A stretch of 64,000 nucleotides of DNA, taken from Candidatus Poribacteria bacterium. GTDB lineage: Bacteria > Poribacteria > WGA-4E > PCPOR2b. The notes under the pieces were generated by a model, which saw only the letters and a program-made list of their open reading frames with translations, was not told the origin of the DNA and ran no database searches. Shown here piece after piece: positions 23,399 to 34,490 of the stretch (positions are counted from its first letter, which is position 1; every line of letters begins with the position of its first letter). The translations under genes and the position numbers were made by a program. The stretch is from NCBI GenBank assembly GCA_965218095.1, contig OZ244587.1, positions 3,008,001-3,072,000 of the forward strand, given 5' to 3'.

Positions 23399-24368
23399 AT
23401 GGAAGGCGTACAACATAAGTCTCTTGCGAAGCGCAAAACCCCTACTCGCTTGACGTCGAAAGAGCGAGGGGATCGCATCTTCGCTTATCTGCTTAACGTC
23501 CCGAGCATCGCTCTCATCCTTGCGCTGATTGCGTATCCGGTCGGAGTTTCGCTGTGGACGAGCCTACGGCGCTACAACTTGCGGCGTCCAGGACAGTTCG
23601 ACTTCATCGGCCTGAGCAACTACATCGACATCCTGAGCAGTTACGACTTCTGGCATTCGCTCCGGGTCACGCTTTATTTCAGTGGGATGGGGGTGACGTT
23701 GGTTATCATTGTCGCGATAGGCATTGCGCTGCTGTTCAATGAGCGATTCGTTGGACGCGGAGTGGTGCGTTCACTGCTGTTGATTCCGTGGGCGGTGCCG
23801 GGCTTGGTCAATGGCTTAATGTGGGCGGGGCTATTTGGTGAGCACGGTGCGTTCAACAAGATAGTGGGTGATTGGGTGAATTTGTTTAACACACTGACAG
23901 GCTTGGAAATTGACTATTTAGGAATGGCGTCGCCTGTGTGTGGTCGCACTCAATGCCGCTATTGCCGCCCACGTCTGGCGGGATGTGCCGTTTGCGTGCA
24001 TTATCTTTTTAGCTGCGCTCCAGGCAATTCCTGCCGAGCAATATCGTGCAGCGCGTGTGGACGGCGCTAACGCATGGAGTCGTTTCCGCCATATCACGCT
24101 ACCGTGGTTGCTGCACCCCATTATGATTGTCGCCATCATTGAGACGATGAACAGTTTCCGCGGCGGTTTCGACATTATCTACGCACTCACCGCTGGCGGT
24201 CCGGGCGACGCCACCTATGTTATCGCCTGGCAGACTTACAAGGAAGCCTTCGGACGCCTCAACTTCGGTGGAGCAAACGCTTATTCTTATCTAATCACGC
24301 TCATCACGATGACTTTAGCGATTGTCTACATTCGGGTACTTTATCGTCGAGGGACAGTACAGAGCTAA
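23399..24368 (+). pseudogene. Carbohydrate ABC permease (MalF-like), frameshifted near 23939
   Basis: FIGLSNY, LLIPWAVP, then EAA-loop YRAARVDGA in a second frame; the shift lies in a TG repeat. Confidence 0.85.
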
Positions 24369-24547
24369 TTTGGATGACGAGTGACGAGTGAAAAGTAAAA
24401 TAACTGTCAAGATATCGGGGTGGTTCATTTTCGGGCTGAGTTCGGTTGATACTTTCCAAACCACCAAAAAATCGGAGCACAAGTTGGCAGCTTGTGCTCC
24501 TGAAATCGCCAACAGGATTTTGAGCCATCCCCAGATTAATCTATCAA

Positions 24548-24812
24548 TCACTTAACTCAATCAGTGCCAACATCGCCGAAGGGTACAGCCGGAGTAGTAA
24601 CAAAGAGAAAGTTCAGTTCTATGAATATGCGCTTGGCTCCGCCAGAAAGGCCCGTGATTGGTGCTACAAAGTTCGACATGTTCTCGGCGGAGCGGTTGCC
24701 ATACATCGTCTCCAACTCCTAACATCATTCGTCTGTAACTGGTTATGGTTCCAAACCAACGGCAAAAGGTCATTAAAGAGGTTGGCATAGTCTGCGAAGT
24801 AACAGAGTATTG
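24548..24812 (+). pseudogene. Four-helix-bundle (IVP / TIGR02436-like) gene remnant
   Basis: Manual translation: SISANIAEGYSRSSNKEKVQFYEYALGSARKARDWCYKVRHVLG; no start, later frameshift; flanked by heptamer repeats. Confidence 0.8.
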
Positions 24813-24866
24813 ACATCACTTGTCGCTCCTCACACATCACGTTTCACGCATAAGGTAAGGAGTCTC

Positions 24867-25556
24867 GTGAATAGAGAAGTTGTCAAACGGACCATCTTAT
24901 ACCTGCTTGTTCTTCTTGCGACGCTGTACATTATAACGCCGTATTTGTGGGTTGCCCTGGTCAGTCTCATGCATGAACGCGAAGCGACTCAGTTGCATTG
25001 GATTCCACGCGAACCGACGCTGGAAAACTACATGATGTACTTCCGCGTGCACGGTCAGAGTACAGAGGTTGGCGCGGCGACTGCCCGGCAGTTTCCTCGC
25101 GCGATTGCTAACAGCATCATCATCGGCGGTTCGGTGATGTTTATCAATTTGTTCTTCGGATCGTTGGCAGCGTATGTGCTCGCACGGGTGAATTTCGGTG
25201 GCAACCTTGTGCTGCTTCTGTTTTATCTCGGCTCTCGCAGCGTACCGGGCGTGGCAATCATGATCCCCATGTATCTCGTCATGCGCAGTTACGGCTTACT
25301 GGACACGCATCTTGCGGTCATCCTCGCCCATGTGACGTTTACGCTGCCTTTCACAATCTGGATCCTCAAAGGATATTTCCAAACCGTACCGCTCGATTTG
25401 GAGCGTGCGGCAAGGGTAGATGGCTGCTCCCGTATCGGTGCGCTATTCCGCGTGTTCCTGCCGGTGACTACGCCCGGCATGATTGCAGTCGGCATCTTGG
25501 CGTTTATCTTCCAGAGGTTCATCATTCATGGCATCGGCGGTGCGGTGACAGGATGA
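24867..25556 (+). CDS. Carbohydrate ABC permease (MalG-like), probably internally deleted near the C-terminus
   Basis: PTLENY, LERAARVDGCS; AVGILAFI is joined directly to FQRF, lacking the usual W.EF..segment. GTG start after AAGGAG. Confidence 0.78.
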   Translation: MNREVVKRTILYLLVLLATLYIITPYLWVALVSLMHEREATQLHWIPREPTLENYMMYFRVHGQSTEVGAATARQFPRAIANSIIIGGSVMFINLFFGSLAAYVLARVNFGGNLVLLLFYLGSRSVPGVAIMIPMYLVMRSYGLLDTHLAVILAHVTFTLPFTIWILKGYFQTVPLDLERAARVDGCSRIGALFRVFLPVTTPGMIAVGILAFIFQRFIIHGIGGAVTG

Positions 25557-25700
25557 GCAACAAAACGAAATGCTACAATATCTTGATATGAACCAGCATC
25601 AGAAGTCGTATGATACGAGATATTGATGAGAAAAGCATGGTAAGGCCTGTTTAAGTAATTTTCAAAAACAAACTATCATCTTCTGTCATCTCAAGGGAGG

Positions 25701-25827
25701 CTAAGTGGTGCGTTTCACAAATCCGTATAGGGTGGGGTTCGTAGTCGTGCGATTCATCGCACGTTGTACCACGCAATGAATTGCGCTACTACAAATCCTA
25801 GCCGCATTTAAGAAATAAACCACTAAG
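25701..25827. mobile_element. MITE-like element enclosing a GTAG REP doublet
   Basis: AGTGGT...ACCACT imperfect inverted ends with CTAAG at both sides; internal GTAGTCGTGCGATTCATCGCACG...CGCAATGAATTGCGCTACTAC. Confidence 0.6.
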
Positions 25828-26028
25828 CAACCGAAAGGATCTCTGACCATTGGTCGTTGATGAAATTCTTCGCAAAGCCTCAAAATGACAAATTTAATCT
25901 TGGAAATCCTCACAAGATGATTGGAGAACACCTCCAGCGGTAGGGTTCAGTCCATTGGCGCCAAGGTTAGGTTATGATCCAGGTTAATGGGTATGAAGAA
26001 CTGAATACATTTAGAAAGGAGCAAAAGT

Positions 26029-27761
26029 ATGAGCGATATAAAAGGAAAGAAGATTGGGCGAATTTACAGGGTTGCCGTCAATGATGATGGCGCTTCACAA
26101 TGGCAATACTGGCAGGCGCCAATCACAGCCGAACAGTTCTTACATATCGTCGTCGACGGAATATCTACCAATGATCTCTTGTGTTGGGGTGTGGGCAACA
26201 CACTTTTCTGGTACAACAGCCGGGTCGCTGAAGATCTGGACAAGGGGCAAGAGGTATTCGACAGTGTGGGTGAATGGATGGCTCACACGAATCTCCGAAA
26301 TTTGCGAAAAGCGGGTGACGCCCCGTTGGCGATGGTTTGTCAACGGGGCCATGAGACAAGGGATGCATATCTACGCTTCTTTGCGCATGAACGATGCCCA
26401 TTTTGCCTTTAGAAACGGAATAACCGCACCCACGCCCGACAAACCGGATTTTGGTATATTTCATCCGGATATGCTCTGGAATCACCAACGCGGCCCGGAG
26501 CGGAGTCTACTCACCCCACAGCTTTGGCGACAACATCCGGAATACAGGATAGGAGAAAGCTGGCCTGGGAGCGACTTTTCCGCGGATCTCCTCGATTACT
26601 CACACGCAGAAGTCAGACAACAGTGGCTGGGAATTATCGAAGAAATAGCGAATAGCTACGATGTTGACGGTATTGAGATGGACTTCGTGCGTCATCCCTT
26701 TTTCTTTAGACCCTCTGCGGTTGACGCTGGCCGCCCGCTCATGACCGAATTCGTCAGCAATGCCAGAGATATATTGGACGTAGCGGGTAAAAAGAAAGGA
26801 AAATACTTAGGGCTGGCATCTCGCTGTCTGACATCCCTGTCGGAATGTAGAACGATAGGCCTCGACATTCAGCCCTGGGTTCAAAATGGTCTGATTGACG
26901 TTTTGATGCCGAGTCCGACACGCATCAATAAATTTGAAACCGACTTCCGACCGTTCATTGAACTGGCTGAGGGAATCGATTGCCAGATTCTTATAGGCAT
27001 GGACACGGGAATCCAGAATATTACCTGGGAACACTCCCGTGCCTGGCTGGCGGAGGATATGGTGAGCGAGGGGAAAGGCGATTCTGTGGATACCCATCGG
27101 CGCCTCCTGGAAGAAATCCCACAGAAGAAGGAGAGCAAGTGCGGACAACTCGAAGGAATTCCGACCAGCCTGTGGCGCGCTTTGGCGGCCAATGCGCTTT
27201 ATGATGGCGCGGATGGCGTTTACCTGTTTAATCTGTGGGACCAGGTGAGTCGCCATGGACGACACCTTGACTTTACCATCTTAAATGATGTGCGCAGCCC
27301 TGAAGCCTTGATGGGTAAGGACAAGCTGTACGCTGTGGACTTTGACCTGTCATCGGGAGGGATATTCGGGGTCTCGGCAGGGGTCATTGCCGGTGGTTCT
27401 TCAAGAAGATCAGCCGGTGCAGTTGGGGTTGAAAATCGGTGATGAGTTGTCGAAAGTGCCGGCGCGTCATCTGGAAGAGGTGAGATTGCATCTGCTGGTG
27501 GTCAATCTGACTCCCGTGGATGCTCTTCGTGTGGAAATGAACGGTCAATCGATTGATGATCTGAAACAGGCGCCAACTCTTGAGCCCGGGGCGCCAACTG
27601 GCCCCCACTCTGCGTTTGTGGATTTGATTTTTGATTTGCATTCTCGTGTGCCACGCCTGGGATTGAATTCGTTCACGGTAGCCCTGGTGAAAAAAAACGA
27701 GCAGGTGCGGCCTCCGGTTTATCTCAGGGAGTTGGAGCTATCGATTAGGTATTGCTGTTAA
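26029..27761 (+). pseudogene. Glycoside hydrolase-like 10 (DUF187-like) protein with two frameshifts
   Basis: VNDDG, ASLRMNDAH, LDYSHAEVR..YDVDGIEMDF.RHP, GADGVYLFN; shifts near 26360 and 27350. Confidence 0.8.
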
Positions 27762-28067
27762 TGGATATGCTTTTTCAACTTCGAATTGATGGACAGCATA
27801 CGAACCGATCAAAGGGGTATATGATCTTGTTGACATGACCGATTGTGGCAATTTTCCCTTGACGCTCAAACCGATTTCTGCCAAAATATGATGTCTTTTC
27901 GTTTAATCTCCCCACATCGGATGATTAAGAATCGTACTATAAACATGTTGCACCTAGCAGCGCTAAAGCTACGAGGTTGTTGCTCAACAGCAGGTTCTAT
28001 TCGCAGAAACCTACCCTTATCAGCGTAGGAGAGAGGGTGGGGGAGAAGTAAAGCGAAAGGAAAAAAC

Positions 28068-30905
28068 ATGCGATCAGCAGAGATTTTCGTCTTATGCACT
28101 CTCATCTTCTTGATTACCCAGCCGGTTATAGCTCAGGATATCAATGAAACCAAAAATGGCTGGTATGTCAGGCTGACAAACCCATTGGACAGTGACGCCA
28201 GCATTGCTGTGCGCGTCTGGGTCAACCGAAACGGCGTCGCTCCCAAAATGACGCCGCAGTGGGTCGGTTTGGGGGTAATTGAACCGGGCAAAGATGACCA
28301 TGACCGCACCAATTCCCTTGAACTGAGCGAGTACATCCCCACAGGTAAGTCCAGCGATTGGCTGAATCTGACACAGTACATTCAATCGAGGCCAGGACAC
28401 CAGCATTACCGTGCCGCTGCCTTTTTTGCCGTTATGAGCAATCCCGACCAGAAGGATCGGTTAGACTTGGTTGCTGAAGTCGCCAACCGGTCGGGCGGAC
28501 CGGTGGTAAGATCATTCGAGGTGCATCAACAACACGCCCCCCTTATAGGGTGGAACTCCTGGATGCAGGACGGTCCGTATCTCCCCACCCTTGCTATCCT
28601 CTTCCCCATGGATACGTCCGACGCTGAGGGTCTGCAAACAGTGGGCGATTTTGTGCAGGAACAATATAACTATGTCCGCCATCTGCCGAAGCTAGGGAAG
28701 CGTCCCCAGAGGATTGCTTTTTCCTGCGAGTCGTTTATCGGTTTCGCTGGTATGGGCCCCAATCGATTTAATCCGAAGATTAACCCTTTAAGAAGCAACT
28801 GCCAAATGTGGGATAACTTGTTCAACACCTACTATGAGCTGGGGTACAACACACTTCTGGGCATAGCCCAGGAGCCAGGCGATGTAGATATACTCTTCCA
28901 GAAAGGTGTGCAACGGCGCCAGGTTGTCCGCTGGGGTCACGATGACCCGCCCCTTTACAGCAACAAGGCAAGAGAACTGGGCCTATGGGATTATATTAAG
29001 TGGATGTCCGCTGGTGATGAGATAGAGTTAGATTTGACCGGCCTGGCTTTTAGCGAAATCAGGCGTTACGCTTTGAAGGAGGATTTGGACGAAAAGCCTG
29101 CTCTCAGGATAGATCGATTAGAAAAAATGGATCGCTCTGAACGAATAGTCATTTTTGATCAACTGGCGGTTCAGACAAAAAAGGAGTGGGACCGGAGATT
29201 TGTCGCTCACCTGAAAGGAAAGGGTTTCAAACCGGATGAGTTTATTCGGGCTGAGGACGAAGCCAGTACCCGGGGGCTATCCGAAGATCAAAAATGGAGT
29301 CTAGTCAAACTAGCTCCCGACTACGACCCCCTCGCCCGCGAAGTGCGCTTTCCCCGAAACCGGCCGAAGCTGCTTTATGAAGGAGGTGCTTTCTGCTACT
29401 ATCTATGGGCAGAGTTTTACCGTAACTTAATGGAATACACGCTGAAATTCTATCCACCCGGCACCTGTATACCAGCCAACTTCACACCGGGTTGCCAGGT
29501 CGATGCGCGAATGTGGGTTGACTTCTTCCGCTGGGGTGGACTGAACACGGCCTGGTCAGAAGACTGGTGGTGGCAGATGAATTATCCTGGTCCCCAGAGT
29601 GTGGGCTACCAGCTTTCCGCCCTGCGCCTGGCATCCACTTACACTGGCAATCCCTTCCAGTTTTATTGTATTCCCTATGAGCAGCCGGATAGCTTCGAGC
29701 GAATGATGGCCTACGCGCTTGCTCACGGAACCAAATCGATACCCAACTGGGTGGTGGTTAACACCTGCTTTTCGGGTTACGGCGGTAACAGCCTGGATAT
29801 GAAGGGGCGCGGCCGTGAGACACTGCGTGCCGTGCATAACATCACCCAAGCTGTGGGCAAGATGGACGAAAGGATGTTTGAGGCTTATCCTGTTCCGGCC
29901 GAGGTGGCTTTGTTAATTAACCGGGCGACGAACACCTGGGATTGCGACGGCGCCGGACGTGTATATGGTATGAAAAACACACTGAACTATTTTGAGAACA
30001 AGGCTATCTATATGGCGTTGCGACACGCCCATATCTGGGTAGACCTGATTAGTGACGCCGAGGTACACGCTGGCCGCCTGGATAATTACAAGGTGCTCTA
30101 CATCGGTGGTTCATACATGGAAAGGCAAACTGCCAGGGCGATCAAGGACTGGGTAGAGCATGGCGGCGTTCTGGTGGCTGATGCCGGTACAGCGATAAAA
30201 GATGAATACGCCGAACCATTAGACGAGTTAGATGTTGTATTTGGGATAACCAACCGCTCTCACAGTGACACCAATATCAATACTTCCCCCACCAAGCTCC
30301 AAGCAGAACCTCGGTTATCCACCATATCTTACAAGGGCCATTCTATTCCGGTTTTGATCGGACTGGAAATCTTTGAGCCCACGACGGCTGGGGTGTTGGG
30401 GACATTTGCCGATGGCAGCCCGGCTCTGGTTTGGAATTATTACGGACGAGGCAAAGCTGTGCATTGGGGCTCCTACCTGGGTCTGGCCTACCTGGCGCCC
30501 GCGATGATCGCCAAGGGTTATAGCGATCCGTGGGACTATCCCACGGAATTTCCTGAATACTTGCGTAAGCTTATGGTTTGGCCTGCATTAATACTGGCAG
30601 GGATAGAACCTCCTGTGACGACCTCCCATCCGTTAGTAGAACCGATACTCATGGAGGAGAGCGCGGGCAAAATTATCGCCTTGATCAATTTCAGCAACAG
30701 TGATCAGACAGTTACCGTGTGCATGCCCAGAATGTTTACCGGTGAAAAAATTAAGGACGCTGACGAAGGGGCGATTGTCGAAAGTGTCTTCAGTGGCCCG
30801 CTCAAGGTGAAGCTAAATACCATGCTTCCTGTAGAAGAAATCAAGCAATATAGGGGGCGGATAAGGGTACCTATTAAAACCTTTGAATTCCTGGAGATAG
30901 ATTGA
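28068..30905 (+). CDS. Secreted glycoside hydrolase-like protein with a beta-galactosidase trimerisation-like domain
   Basis: Signal peptide ending VIA-Q; WSEDW, AEVALL, YMALRHAHI.VD, YKVLY..WVEHGGVL, YGRGKA. Confidence 0.72.
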   Translation: MRSAEIFVLCTLIFLITQPVIAQDINETKNGWYVRLTNPLDSDASIAVRVWVNRNGVAPKMTPQWVGLGVIEPGKDDHDRTNSLELSEYIPTGKSSDWLNLTQYIQSRPGHQHYRAAAFFAVMSNPDQKDRLDLVAEVANRSGGPVVRSFEVHQQHAPLIGWNSWMQDGPYLPTLAILFPMDTSDAEGLQTVGDFVQEQYNYVRHLPKLGKRPQRIAFSCESFIGFAGMGPNRFNPKINPLRSNCQMWDNLFNTYYELGYNTLLGIAQEPGDVDILFQKGVQRRQVVRWGHDDPPLYSNKARELGLWDYIKWMSAGDEIELDLTGLAFSEIRRYALKEDLDEKPALRIDRLEKMDRSERIVIFDQLAVQTKKEWDRRFVAHLKGKGFKPDEFIRAEDEASTRGLSEDQKWSLVKLAPDYDPLAREVRFPRNRPKLLYEGGAFCYYLWAEFYRNLMEYTLKFYPPGTCIPANFTPGCQVDARMWVDFFRWGGLNTAWSEDWWWQMNYPGPQSVGYQLSALRLASTYTGNPFQFYCIPYEQPDSFERMMAYALAHGTKSIPNWVVVNTCFSGYGGNSLDMKGRGRETLRAVHNITQAVGKMDERMFEAYPVPAEVALLINRATNTWDCDGAGRVYGMKNTLNYFENKAIYMALRHAHIWVDLISDAEVHAGRLDNYKVLYIGGSYMERQTARAIKDWVEHGGVLVADAGTAIKDEYAEPLDELDVVFGITNRSHSDTNINTSPTKLQAEPRLSTISYKGHSIPVLIGLEIFEPTTAGVLGTFADGSPALVWNYYGRGKAVHWGSYLGLAYLAPAMIAKGYSDPWDYPTEFPEYLRKLMVWPALILAGIEPPVTTSHPLVEPILMEESAGKIIALINFSNSDQTVTVCMPRMFTGEKIKDADEGAIVESVFSGPLKVKLNTMLPVEEIKQYRGRIRVPIKTFEFLEID

Positions 30906-31063
30906 CCGGCTGAGCCTCAATGTCCATTGATTTGCAGGAGCTCTGCTGGAAGCTCTAATTGAATCACAAAGTGTATGACAAAAAAGACAAAATATATCAT
31001 AATCTCGTAACGTTACAATTTCTGAATGCCACAAACTCAGTAACTTTAGAACGGAGATAAAGC

Positions 31064-32008
31064 ATGACAACAAGACTTGGCGGCGAAGACTACATTTACG
31101 AGGAATTGGCGGATTGGGCCCAGTTACCCGAAGGTTGGACAATTCAAGAGGTCGCTGATGTCGTGGTCGATTCACAAGATCGCGTCTATATCTTCAATCG
31201 AAGCGAACATCCCATGATAGTTTTTGAGCGCGATGGCAGCTTTGTCACCTCGTGGGGGGAAGACCTGTTTACTCGCCCACACGGGCTCACGTTGGGACCC
31301 GATGGGATGCTCTATTGCGTAGACGATGGCGATCACTCGATTCGGAAATGCACCACCGATGGCGAACTATTAATGACCATCGGTACACCCGGCCAACCTG
31401 CGCCGCTTCACAGCGGTCAACCCTTTAACCGGCCAACCAAGGTGGGCTTCGACCCAAAAACAGGCGATCTCTACATATCCGATGGGTATGGCAACGCCAA
31501 AGTGCATAAATTCTCCGGTGATGGACGGCGGCTTTTCTCCTGGGGAGCGTATGGCACAGATCCCGGTCAGTTCAACCTAGTGCACAGCGTCTGTACCGAT
31601 AGCGCGGGAAAGGTGTACATCGCGGATCGAGAGAACCACCGGATACAAATATTCGACGACCAGGGGGCCTATCTTAGCCAATGGAACAATCTGCATCGTC
31701 CCTGCGGACTGCACATTGAAGGTGGTTTGGTCTACATCGCCCAATCAGCCGCCTCCTTAACGGTAAACATTGACTACCCCAACCTTGGTGCCTGCGTCAG
31801 CATTCATGATCTCGCAGGTCGCCGTTTGGCGAAATTGGGCGATGTGCACCCCGGAGAAGGACCGGGACAGTTTCTCGCGCCCCATGGACTCGTGATTGAT
31901 TCGCACGGAGACATCTACCTTGGCGAGACCTCCTGGAGCTCCTATGGTCAAACGCTTTCTCCACCGAGAATAGTTCGCAGTTTTCGCAAGTTAGTCAAGG
32001 TCCATTGA
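31064..32008 (+). CDS. NHL-repeat protein (peptidyl-alpha-hydroxyglycine lyase-like)
   Basis: FTRPHGL, FNRPT, YISDGYGNA.VHKF, GQFNLVHS, ADRENHRIQ.FD. Confidence 0.9.
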   Translation: MTTRLGGEDYIYEELADWAQLPEGWTIQEVADVVVDSQDRVYIFNRSEHPMIVFERDGSFVTSWGEDLFTRPHGLTLGPDGMLYCVDDGDHSIRKCTTDGELLMTIGTPGQPAPLHSGQPFNRPTKVGFDPKTGDLYISDGYGNAKVHKFSGDGRRLFSWGAYGTDPGQFNLVHSVCTDSAGKVYIADRENHRIQIFDDQGAYLSQWNNLHRPCGLHIEGGLVYIAQSAASLTVNIDYPNLGACVSIHDLAGRRLAKLGDVHPGEGPGQFLAPHGLVIDSHGDIYLGETSWSSYGQTLSPPRIVRSFRKLVKVH

Positions 32009-32248
32009 AGCGGAATAGAAATTTGCAATCAAGCAAATGGACGGATGCGAGACCAAAAATTCATGCAAATTTCCTCAAGGGCTAAAATCGCGTCGGTTTC
32101 GGTGAAATCGGATAATCAGCAAACCCCGATGGGTGGGGGCAGGGTCTGCTGCTAGCTGGTTCATGGAATTACCCCCGAACGGATCGAACGGGCAGGATGC
32201 CCGCTCTACTTCCGGAAATCTCGTTGTAATATAATAAGGAGATCTAAT

Positions 32249-33178
32249 ATGTCGAAGCAACACCATGGGATACTCACCCAAGAACAGATCCAATTCTATG
32301 AAGAGAACGGATACCTCCACATCAAAAACATAATGGATTCATGGGAACTCGAACGCCTGAAAAACGAGTCGTTAATAATGATCAACTACTGCAAGCAAAC
32401 CAGGCCGCCAAATAATGAATACCTTTATCGCATGGATCCCGTGACGGGCAATATGGTCTTGACGCGTGTCAACGGGATGTACACCAAAAGCGACGCCTTC
32501 TTCGCCTTATTTGGCCACCCACGCCTCCTGGGCATTGCCGAGTCCATCCACGGCCCCAACATCGTGTCGTTTCAGGATGCGATGGTCGTCAAGATGCCCG
32601 AGTACGGTGCGCCTGTGCCGTGGCATCGCGACCCAGGACACCCACGTGTGAAGCCGCCTCTCGACGTTGATGTCTATCTGGATGCCGCGACGCCGGAGAA
32701 CGGCTGCCTATATGTCGTACCGGGTAGCCATCTGTGGCAGGGCTTTGATCTACAGGATATGCTTGATGAACATGGGTTTATGCTACCCGGGGCGATTCCC
32801 GTGATCACCGAACCCGGGGATGTCCTGTTACACAGTCCCAACCTGCTCCACGGCTCTCGAACGACTCGGGGTAAGCTGATACGACGGGTGCATTACTTCG
32901 CCTTCTTCACGATTGAAGAGCTGCTCAGTCGCGGCGGGCAGTGGGATGCAGACTACGTGCGTTCATGGATCCGCGTCATGCTGCAGGCCATTGAGAGTCG
33001 CTCCCAGTTGCCCGAAACCGCCGGCGAGGAACCGTATGCGTACAACCCCACACTGCCGGAATTCAAGCTTAATCCGCGCGAGTTGGGTTATGTGGAAAAG
33101 TATGTCCAGAGAGTACCGGATCCCTTTGAGTCAGCCTACAGATATTCGCCCCACAACCTCGTCAAGGCAAAAATCTGA
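32249..33178 (+). CDS. Phytanoyl-CoA dioxygenase (PhyH) family Fe(II)/2OG enzyme
   Basis: FYEENGYL, PWHRD, ENGCLYVVPGSH, LLHGS..R. Confidence 0.9.
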   Translation: MSKQHHGILTQEQIQFYEENGYLHIKNIMDSWELERLKNESLIMINYCKQTRPPNNEYLYRMDPVTGNMVLTRVNGMYTKSDAFFALFGHPRLLGIAESIHGPNIVSFQDAMVVKMPEYGAPVPWHRDPGHPRVKPPLDVDVYLDAATPENGCLYVVPGSHLWQGFDLQDMLDEHGFMLPGAIPVITEPGDVLLHSPNLLHGSRTTRGKLIRRVHYFAFFTIEELLSRGGQWDADYVRSWIRVMLQAIESRSQLPETAGEEPYAYNPTLPEFKLNPRELGYVEKYVQRVPDPFESAYRYSPHNLVKAKI

Positions 33179-33382
33179 TAGTATTGTGTTATTCATTACA
33201 AATGATACGGATCATACCAATGGTTTCGGTACGCTCCGCTACTCACCTCAAGGTTTTCATTGTTATAACAAGCAAATCGTAAACTTGCAGCTATTATTTT
33301 TACCGATATTGCTGGATTTACTGAACTAACCGCTAATAATGAAGATGACACACTGGATCTCGTAATAAGGAAGGAGAAAATC

Positions 33383-34219
33383 TTGACCGCCGTAGAGCAA
33401 TATGAATTTGACAGACAGGGTTTTTTAGTTCTACCGGATTTTCTCACCAATGAAGAAGTCAATCGATTGAAACCCGCTATTGCTGAACTGGAAAAACATG
33501 CCAGGGAACACTATCAGCTTGAACCACGCAATACGAGGAAGCCCAACTATCACTTCAACCCAGAGCGTGGTTATCATGTAACTGGCGGTCACCAACATGG
33601 CCAAACTTTGTTAATCGAGGACTTCTTCAATTTCGATTCCGCTTTTGATTTTCTGGTTAATCATCCTAAAACTATGTCTTATATTACTGGCATTGTAAGG
33701 GAGATGATTGGGATTAATAACTCTGAGTTGCGTGTTAGGTACACTGGTAATTTCTCAGGAGCACATGGAGGTGCTGTCTATGGTCGTAATAAACATCGTT
33801 ACTCTGTGGGTGTAGGTGGTATCGACTGCATGATGGTTCGTTTTATTTATTTTACCCATGATGTAAGTAATGAAGATGGTGTATTTTGCGTGGTACCTGG
33901 AAGCCACAAATTAGCATTCCAGTGCCCGTATAAATGCGGTATAGATGAAGAACCTGGCATGATTGGTCTTGAGGTCAAATCTGGAGATGCAATTCTATTT
34001 ACTGAAAATCTACGCCATGGCGGTTTCACCAACCACTCAGAAAAAACCCGTATGACTCTACATGTTGGTTATGGTCCCTTTTGGATGATGTCACAGAATA
34101 TAGCGACTATGGATGAACCGCTATTTATTAAGCCGGAAACCTGGGCACGTTATGATCAAAACCAACGAGAACTGTTCCAACCTTGGTTGCGGCAAGGTCC
34201 AGAATATCAACTTGAATAA
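33383..34219 (+). CDS. PhyH family protein with HGG in place of HxD
   Basis: YEFDRQGFL, GAHGG, FCVVPGSHK, GDAILFTE.L.HG..R; AAGGAG RBS, TTG start. Confidence 0.88.
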   Translation: MTAVEQYEFDRQGFLVLPDFLTNEEVNRLKPAIAELEKHAREHYQLEPRNTRKPNYHFNPERGYHVTGGHQHGQTLLIEDFFNFDSAFDFLVNHPKTMSYITGIVREMIGINNSELRVRYTGNFSGAHGGAVYGRNKHRYSVGVGGIDCMMVRFIYFTHDVSNEDGVFCVVPGSHKLAFQCPYKCGIDEEPGMIGLEVKSGDAILFTENLRHGGFTNHSEKTRMTLHVGYGPFWMMSQNIATMDEPLFIKPETWARYDQNQRELFQPWLRQGPEYQLE

Positions 34220-34335
34220 CTTAAGGAGCGAACGGTTTTTTACACTCCCCTACATTACAAAAAAATATTGGCCAGCCTCCCCCAAGCCCTGATATGATTG
34301 GGATTGAGAGATTTGCCCTTGGTTCTAGTTAGTAA

Positions 34336-34479
34336 TACTACAACGAGAGATTGAATAAATGCGTGAACCGTAGATCGGGTCCGATTCTCGGACGAGCACG
34401 GCTCGCCCGCTCACGTATCTCACCGGAAAGTTCAAACGGGCTGGTAGCCCCCTCTACTTCTGGAAATTTCGTTGTAGTA
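34336..34479. mobile_element. MITE with 11-bp TIRs enclosing a REP-like pair
   Basis: TACTACAACGA / TCGTTGTAGTA; a second right end lies at about 32189-32231. Confidence 0.7.
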
Positions 34480-34490
34480 CTAAGGAGGAA

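Noticed and set aside
27940-28060. Riboswitch upstream of the large hydrolase gene
   Set aside because: No recognisable aptamer consensus; the G-rich part looks like a degenerate repeat.
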